From Eledone cirrhosa (lineage: Eukaryota), in the NCBI GenBank assembly GCA_964016885.1, contig OZ024756.1, forward strand, positions 31,000,001 through 31,064,000: a stretch of 64,000 nucleotides of DNA, written 5' to 3'. Of the stretch, positions 54,032 to 64,000 are shown one piece after another. The notes beneath the pieces were generated by a model. It was not told the DNA's origin. It ran no database searches and worked only from the letters and a program-made list of their open reading frames with translations. The position numbers were made by a program, and so were the translations under genes. Position 1 is the stretch's first letter. Each line of letters begins with the position of its first letter.

Positions 54032-54352
54032 CATTGTATATATATATCATTGTAATTGTATATATTTCCTTTTAATTGTATACATATCATTTTAATTGTA
54101 TATATATCATTTTTAATTGCATATATATCGTTTTAATTGTATATATATCATTTCAATTGTATATATTTCATTTTAATTGTATATATACCATTTTAATTGT
54201 ATATATTTCATTGTAATTATATCTATATCATTTTAATTGTATATATTTCATTTTAATTGTATATATATATCATTTTAATTGTATATATATCATTGCAATT
54301 GTATCTATATCATTTTAATTGTATATATAGCATTTCAATTGTATATATATCA
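54032..54352 (+). repeat. ~20-bp minisatellite
   Basis: Unit cattttaattgtatatatat, about 15 copies. Confidence 0.93.
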
Positions 54353-54367
54353 TGTTTGATCAAACAA

Positions 54368-55000
54368 AATTGCTTCTAATTTTGGCACAATGCCAGCAAT
54401 TATCCCAGTGCCTTACTGGTACTTTATTTTATCAACTCCGTAATGATGAAAGGCAAAGTTAACCTCGGCGGGATTTGAACTCAGAATGCAAAGGGCCATA
54501 ACTCTATAATGCAAAGCATGGTGTCTGACGCTCTACTGATACTGTCAATCCACCACCTTGTACGATCAAATATAATGAAATAATTTGTATTCGAACAAAT
54601 TTCAAGCGAAAAGTTGACCCAGGCGGGATTTGAACTCAGACAGCAGAGAGTCGGAACGAATACTGCAAAGCATCCTCTCCGAGACATTCTAACGACTCTG
54701 ACAAATCACCCTGTTATACAGTTATATTTTATGGAGGGACCCGAAACTCCTGATAGAGCCGTAGGGGCGCTACAGTGACATACGGCGTTTCTAGGGTATT
54801 TTTTTTTAAACCTGGCGGAGACTATCTCCTCTCCAAGTCTGAATACAGCAGATTTCTTCCTGAAAATGAAATGAGAGAGAGACATTGAGGGAAAATAAAC
54901 TCCAGTACTGCATTGGTACTTTATTTTATCGACCTTAAATAGGGGAAATGCAAAGTTTACCTCCGCGGGATTTGAACTCAGGGAGTAGAGAGTCGGAACG
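54368..55000 (-). mobile_element. Cluster of SINE family 1 copies with a family E repeat
   Basis: Antisense SINE at 54368-54558, 54610-54705 and 54890-55000. Confidence 0.82.
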
Positions 55001-55140
55001 GATACTGCACAGGGTGCACAGAGACCTCTCTGACCTTCTAACAACTCTGACCATTCGCTGTCTGATGTAGATATATTAAATGCGATGAAACATACTGAGA
55101 CACACACACACAACACACACATATATATATATATATATAT

Positions 55141-55254
55141 GGAGGCACATGGCTTAGTGGTTAGAGCATTGGGCTTGCAATCGAAAGGTTGTGAGTTCAA
55201 TTCTCAGACCGGGTGATGTGTTGTTTCCTTGAGCAAGATACTTTATTTCACATG
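55141..55254 (+). mobile_element. SINE family 2 (tRNA head plus CORE-like segment)
   Basis: A box tggcttagtgg, B box gagttcaattc, then tccttgagcaagatactttatttcac. Confidence 0.8.
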
Positions 55255-55721
55255 AGAAAGGGTGAGAGGGTCGGGTAGAGGAGAGAGAGGGGGGGATACT
55301 GCACAGGGTGCACAGGGACCTCTTCGACCTTCTAACAACTCTGACTATTCGCTGTCTGATGTAGACATATTAAATGCGATGAAACATACTGAAAGAATCG
55401 GCATCCCGGGGGAAATTCCCAGTAATCAGTTAGTTAAGAAGAATGATTTCAAAGTTCTGCTTATTGATTAACAGTTCAATACGTACTTTGGAAATAAACA
55501 ATAAGCTACTCTCACTCTTTTATTTATAACTTAAGGTTTAATTAGAGATCTTCTCAAGGGGGGTCAAATAATTTGTTAATCAGTTATACCGTGTAATTAA
55601 GTTCACCAAATTTGCATTGTGAAATACATTTAATCCGAACCATATTAATTTTACCGTTCTGAGAAGGAAAATGAATTGCAATGGCGACTTGTAAACAAGT
55701 TGGTGGCTTAGTCATTGATAA

Positions 55722-56370
55722 TGGTGGTGATGGTGATGGTGTTGGTGGATGTGTTGGTAATAGTGGCGGTGTTGGTGGTATTGGTGGTGGTGGCGGTGGT
55801 GTTGGTGGATGTGTTGGTAATAGTGGCGGTGTTGGTGGTATTGATGGTGGTGGTGATGGTGTTGGTGGATGTGTTGGTAATAGTGGCGGTGTTGGTGGTA
55901 TTGATGGTGGTGATGGTGTTGGTGGATGTGTTGGTAATAGTGGCGGTGTTGGTGGTATTGATGGTGGTGATGGTGTTGGTGGAGGTGTTGGTAATAGTGG
56001 CGGTGTTGGTGGTATTGATGGTGGTGGTGGTGGTGGTGGTGGTGGATGTGTTGGTAATAGTGGCGGTGTTGGTGGTATTGATGGTGGTGGTGATGGTGTT
56101 GGTGGATGTGTTGGTAATAGTGGCGGTGTTGGTGGTATTGATGGTGGTGATGGTGTTGGTGGATGTGTTGGTAATAGTGGCGGTGTTGGTGGTATTGATG
56201 GTGGTGGTGGTGGTGTTGGTGGTGGTGGTGGTGGAGCTGTTGGTAATAGTGGCGGTGTTGGTGGTATTGATCGTGGTGGTGGTGGTGTTGGTGGTGGATG
56301 TGTTGGTAATAGTGGCGGTGTTGGTGGTATTGATGGTCGTGGTGGTGGTGGTGGTGGTGGTGTTGGTTGT
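55722..56370 (+). repeat. 57-66-bp GGT-based minisatellite, about 10 units
   Basis: Unit ggtggatgtgttggtaatagtggcggtgttggtggtattgatggt(ggt)n. Confidence 0.93.
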
Positions 56371-57047
56371 TGATGATGGTGGAGATATTAGTCATAATGT
56401 GGTTGATAGTAGTGGCCATGACGAAGCTATTGGTTGTAACAGTATTGGTGGTGGTGTTGGTGGTGGTGTTGGTCGTGGTGGAGATATTGATAGCGGTGTT
56501 GGTGGTGGTGGTGGTGGTAGTGTTGGAGGTATTGGTGGTGAGGTGTTGGTGGTGGTGGTGATGATGGTGATGGTAGTGGTGGTAGTGGTGATGATGAAGC
56601 TAGTAGTGGTAACAGTATTGGTAATGGTATTGGTAGTGGGGTGTTGGTGGTGGCGGTGGTTGATGATGCTGATGGTAGTGGTGGTAGTGGTGATGATGAA
56701 GCTAGTAGTGGTAACAGTATTGGTGATGGTGTTGATAGTGGGGGTGTTGACGGTGGTTGATGATGGTGATGGTAGTGGTGGTAGTGGTGATGATGAAGCT
56801 AGTAGTGGTAACAGTATTGGTGATGGTATTGATAGTGGGGGTGTTGACGGTGGCTTTATGTATGTAATAGTCATGGTTGCGGTATTTTGTATTAACAATG
56901 GGGACAGTTGGTAGTCGATGTCTGTAGAGACGTTTTGTTAATAGAAATAGTAACAGTGGTAGTAATTGTGTTCATAATGGTGGTAGTAGCTTGCGTCATT
57001 GGTGGTCATGTTAGTGGCTGTAGTGGTGGTAGTGGTATAATAGTTTA

Positions 57048-59590
57048 GTGTTGGTAGTGGTGTTGGCGCTGGTGTTGGTGTTGGTGGTGTTGGTGTTGGT
57101 GGTGTTGGTGTTGGTGTTGGTGTTGGTGTTGGTGGTGGTGGTGTTGGTGTTGGTGTTGGTGTTGGTGGTGGTGGTGTTGGTGTTGGTGGTGTTGGTGTTG
57201 GTGTTGGTGTTGGTGTTGGTGGTGTTGGTGTTGGTGTTGGTGGTGTTGGTGGTGGTGTTGGTGGTGTTGGTGTTGGTGTTGGTGGTGTTGGTGGTGGTGT
57301 TGGTGTTGGTGTTGGTGGTGTTGGTGTTGGTGTTGGTGTTGGTGTTGGTGTTGGTGGTGTTGGTGTTGGTGGTGGTGTTGGTGTTGGTGTTGGTGTTGGT
57401 GGTGTTGGTGTTGGTGTTGGTGTTGGTGTTGGTGTTGGTGGTGTTGGTGTTGGTGGTGGTGTTGGTGTTGGTGTTGGTGTTGGTGGTGTTGGTTTTGGTG
57501 TTGGTGGTGTTGGTGTTGGTGTTGGTGTTGGTGTTGGTGGTGTTAGTGTTGGTGTTGGTGTTGGTGGTGGTGTTGGTGTTGGTGGTGTTGGTGTTGGTGT
57601 TGGTGTTGGTGGTGGTGTTGGTGTTGGTGTTGGTGTTGGTGGTGGTGGTGTTGGTGTTGGTGGTGGTGTTGGTGTTGGTGTTGGTGTTGGTGGTGTTGGT
57701 GTTGGTGGTGGTGTTGGTGTTGGTGTTGGTGTTGGTGTTGGTGGTGTTGGTGTTGGTGTTGGTGCTGGTGGTGGTGTTGGTGTTGGTGTTGGTGTTGGTG
57801 TTGGTGGTTGTACTGGTGGTGGTGTTGGTGTTGGTGTTGGTGGTGGTTTTGGTGGTGGTGTTGGTGTTTGTTTTGGTGTTGGTGTTGGTGTTGGTGGTGG
57901 TTATGGCGGTGGTGTTGGTGTTGGTACTACTGCTGGTGTGATCCTGCTGTTGGTACTGCGGGAGGTGTTGGTGTTGGTGGTGGTGTTGGTACTGCTGGTG
58001 GTGCTGGTGTTGGTAGTGCTGCTGGTGGTGTTACTGTTGGTGTTGTTACTGTTGCTGGTGTTGTTGGTATTACTGCTGGTGCTGATGATGGTGTTGTTAC
58101 TGCTGCTGCTGCTGGAGGTGGTGGTGGTGTTAGTAGAAATTAGGTCAGGACAATGATCCAACGAATTATGTAATCAATACAACATACAGCCACAAATGTG
58201 TATATACGTGACTATACGTGTATTCCTGTTAATATATACGCTTGTGAGTGTATATGCTCGTGAGTGTATATGTGTGTGTATATATGTGTGTATATATGTG
58301 TGTATATATGTGTGTATATATGTGCGTATCTGTACATGTGTCTATCTTTCTTGTAGCGAAATGAAATATTTAATTAAAATAATTCTAGTTTCTCTAATTA
58401 AGTGGGAAAAAATTATCTTGTTGTTGGTAGAGATGATGGCTTTGGTGGTGGTGGTGGTGGTGGTGTTGTGGTGGCGGCGTTGTGGTGGTGGTGGTGGTGG
58501 TGGGGATGTGGTGGTGGTTGTGTTGGTGTTGTGGTGGTGGTTGTGATGGTGGTTGTGGTGTTGTTGGTGTTGGTGTGGTTGTGGTGGTGGTGGTGGTGGT
58601 GTTGTGGTGGCGGCGTTGTGGTGGTGGTGGTGGGGATGTGGTGGTGGTTGTGTTGGTGTTGTGGTGGTGGTGATGGTGATGGTGGTTGTGGTGTTGTTGG
58701 TGTTGGTGTGGTTGTGGTGGTGGTGGTGGTGGTGTTGTGGTGGCGGCGTTGTGGTGGTGGCGGCATTTTGGTGGTGGTGGTGGTGGTGGGGATGTGGTGG
58801 TGGTTGCGTTGGTGTTGTGGTGGTGGTTGTGATGGTGGTTGTGGTGTTGTTGGTGTTGTTGTGGTTGTGGCGGTGGTGGTGGTGGTGTTGTGGTGGCGGC
58901 GTTGTGGTAGTGGTGGTGGGGATGGGGTGGTGGTTGTGTTGGTGTTGTATTGGTGGTGATGGTGGTTGTGGTGTTGTTGGTGTTGGTGTGGTTGTGGTGG
59001 TGGTGGTTGTGGTGGTGGTGGTGGTGGTGTTGTAGTGGCGGCGTTGTGGTGGTGGCGGCGTTGTGGTGGTGGCGGTGCTTGGGATGTGGTGGTGGTTGTG
59101 TTGGTGTTGTGGTGGTGGTGATGGTGGTTGTGACGTTGTTGGTGTTGGTGTGGTTGTGGTGGTAGTGGTGGTGGTGGTGTTGTAGTGGCGGCGTTGTGGT
59201 GGTGGCGGCGTTGTGGTGGTGGTGGTGGTGGGGATGTGGTGGTGGTTGTGTTGGTGTTGTGGTGATGGTGATGGTGGTTGTGGTGCTATTGTGGTGGGAG
59301 GTGTTGTGGAGGTGGTGGCGGGTGGTGTTGGTAGCGATGATGGTTTTGGTGGTGGTGGTGGTGCTGGTGTTGTTGGTTTTGGTGGTCTTATGGTGGTGGT
59401 GGTGGTGATATTCTTGGTAATATCGTTGCTGTTATTGTTGTTGGTGGTGGTGCCGGTAGCACTGGTGCTGTCGCTGCTGTTGTTGTTGTTGCTTGTAGTG
59501 ATGCTGGCGGTGCCGGTAGCGCTGTTGCATTTGTTGTTGTTGTCGCTGCTGGTAATGATGTTGGTGGTACTGGTAGCGCTGTTGCAGTTG
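57048..59590 (+). repeat. GGT/GTTGGT arrays and higher-order GGT-based repeats
   Basis: 57048-57925 mixed (GTTGGT)/(GGT); 58440-59300 recurring ggcggcgttgtgg..gggatgtgg units; a unique spacer lies between them. Confidence 0.9.
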
Positions 59591-60219
59591 TTGTTGTTGT
59601 TGGTAGTGATGGTTTACCCACATGCGGCCTTGATTGGATCAATCTCTAGCCAAAGGCGTTATTTTCATGAACTAATTCTAGTTGTGTATTTTTCCTTTAA
59701 TTTTGTTTTTTCACACACAGTTTAGTAATTCACTGCTTTTTATTATCCAATATTTTCTTCCTAGCTTATATTCCAAGGAAAGAGCATTCATACATTAACT
59801 CAAAAATTTCGAACACATCAAAGGAAAATCCTTTTGCCTGTAAATAACTTCATGTAACAACAACCTGTCGACGAAATACTGTCTTTAATATAAGTTTGTA
59901 TTATATTTTGCTACAGGGTGTCGTCGTACTCCATGTCACAAATATAAATAACAAAAATAAGCAATTTTGTTTTCCTTGTTGGTCTTTCTTGAGTCATTCG
60001 GTCCTTATCATATTTCGGTAGTTTCAATAACCACCACAAACACAGTAAGTAAACACATAACCAATAATATGGCAAATACAAACATACCAAGCATTATTGT
60101 AAAATGTGCATTTAATCCATTTGATATTGAGACTATCGAATAACATGATTACTTTGGAAGAGATAAGATACTATAGTAATATCAATGGATTTCACTAGAA
60201 ACTGATGAATCAATTGGAT

Positions 60220-62052
<1,833 letters not shown>

Positions 62053-64000
62053 TGTGTTACACTACATTGCAATCCTTCTAATCTCTACAATTCTCTTAAT
62101 ATTTCTATACCAATTTTGATACATTTGCCAAAATGGGAATTTGCAAAGTGTATTATGAGAATATAGCGATATAATTTAATAGGATTCAGCTGCATATTTC
62201 ACATATCAATATTGGCTTCTTTCTTCATTCTTTCAATCGTATATTTTTCGTTTGTAGAGGGATTTTTTTTTTTTTTTTTTTTGTCTATTTTTTTATTTAT
62301 TGGTATGTTGGATTATTAGTTTGTCAGTTTTTGTTTGTTGTTGTTGGAGGGTTTAGTTGTTGTTTGGAGGGTTGGGTTTTGTTTTTGGTTTGTTGGTGCT
62401 GTTATTAATATCTGCATTTTTATCATGCCTTTGAATTTTTTTTTTTTTTTTTCTTGGTTTATTGGTATGTTGTATTATTAGTTTGTCAGTTTTTGTTTAT
62501 TGTTCGTGGTTTTATTGTTGTTGTTGTTGTTGGAGGGTTTTGTTGTTGTTGTTTGGAGGGTTGGGTTTTGTTTTTGTTTCTGGTTTGTTGGTGTTGTTAT
62601 TAATATCTCTATTTTTGTCATGCCTTTGCTTTTGGCACACTGAGATCTGTATATTATGAAGAGTTTAAAGAGTGAAAGGTGAATTGTGAGCTATAGGAAA
62701 TGTTATCAAGCAACGCATTAGAGAGATGATTCTGAGTAGTGTAAACAAAAATAAAAAGACGAAAATAAAAGAAAAACAATACTAAGAAATGAAGCAGTCT
62801 GTAAGTCTTTATATGCTTATTCTACATGAGAGATACAACAATCAAATCACCGTAAAATCACACATCCCTTTGACACCAAATTTGAAACCGCCTCTAGTTT
62901 TAAGTTGTTTATTCTAAACTTTTCATGTCCAAAATAGCTGAACCGCCCCTGGTACTAACTATCATACGAAACTGTCAAAATATCGAAATTCATCTAAATC
63001 TAAAAAACCTTAGCTGTTTATTTGTTTATGTGTGTGAGAATGTTTAGTAAGTTGTGTTCCAAACACCAGCTTAATATTGAAAATGTTAGTAATATCACTA
63101 AGTAACTGCAAATCCTTGGTTGCTCTGTGCTGTAGAAATTTTACGAAGCACATTAGAGAAGTGCGAATGTTGTAAAAACCCATTTAGAAACAAGATAACC
63201 TCTAGCCCTTTATATATCTTTGTTTAACATGCTAGATACATCTACATTAAATTACACAACATACTGCCTGTAACTCTTTTGATACCATGCAGTCTAAAAA
63301 CCGCCCCTCATTCTATAATGTAAAACTCTTAAAAATAAAATATTATCGACATTTAAAAATAAACCGTCGGAGCGTCAAATGAAGATCTTAGTAAATTTAG
63401 TAAATTTGGAATGGGGAAAATAAATGTGAAAAAAGTAGCCTGCAGCCCTTAGAGAGATTCAATTCTCAGTAACGGCTACTGACCACTTTTTTCCGTCTAT
63501 AAAGGTACTTTAAATGATTTTCTATTCTAGTATTTATAGCAAGCAGCTGTGTGCGCAGTTATTTTTTGCGTTCAAGATTTTCTACATTTACTAAAAGGTT
63601 TATTTATATTTATCTAAAAAGAAAACTTTCCTCGTATTTTTCTGTAAAAATCTATATTAGTATATAGTACAGACTCCAGCTTAGTAGTGAAAAAATATGT
63701 TACATTACTGAATCCCTGTCTTTTCTTTATTAGTGTGAGATATCGCAATGTTATCAAGCACATAGGAATGAGACAAAAGATATCTCTCTACATGGTTGTT
63801 CACTATGCTAGATATAGCATTTAAATCTCCCTCAAATCTCACAGTCTCGTTCAATAAAGTAAAGAAACCGAGGATATAATACATCTGAACATTTTGAATA
63901 GATAATGTTGTTTGATCGCAGTTCTGCTTTTGATCTTGGATGATCTAAAGCTTAACAAGAAAAATAACAAAGTATATATGTATTCATGCATATCTGTGTA

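Noticed and set aside
55058-55100. CTGATGT..GAAAC motif in the 98-bp duplicate
   Set aside because: A9 is altered and there is no stem II or NUH triplet
55141-55215. tRNA gene
   Set aside because: A and B boxes are present, but there is no acceptor stem and it continues into a SINE body
55681-56914. Gly-rich or His-rich structural protein ORFs
   Set aside because: GGT minisatellite is open in most frames; no signal peptide or clear splice support
62860-63400. Possible MITE ends (ccctttga.acca..aaccgcccct)
   Set aside because: Too degenerate; no matching TIR pair or TSD found

Overview
AT-rich eukaryotic genomic DNA, not prokaryotic. The SINE/RTE repertoire and extreme (TA)n, (CA)n, (TC)n, (GATA)n and trinucleotide microsatellite density suggest an octopod cephalopod (inference). 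Almost all ORFs in the supplied track are microsatellite artefacts. No complete host gene is recognisable; there are only a few weak candidate exons. The window holds about 20 copies of a tRNA-derived SINE, a second CORE-like SINE, three RTE-type LINE 3' fragments (one with a twin-priming-like 5' inversion), L1/Tx1-like 3' ends inside (GATA)n tracts, a hAT-type MITE and several minisatellites. Most notably, many short elements sit inside (TA)n runs and carry hammerhead ribozyme (HHR) motifs and inverted pseudo-LTRs, as expected for Penelope-like retroelement (PLE) remnants. The top candidate is a two-copy (9.5 kb, 29.8 kb) RNA motif with all hammerhead core elements in a non-circularly permuted, pseudoknotted order, supported by compensatory base changes. 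All structures were folded by eye and no activity has been shown.
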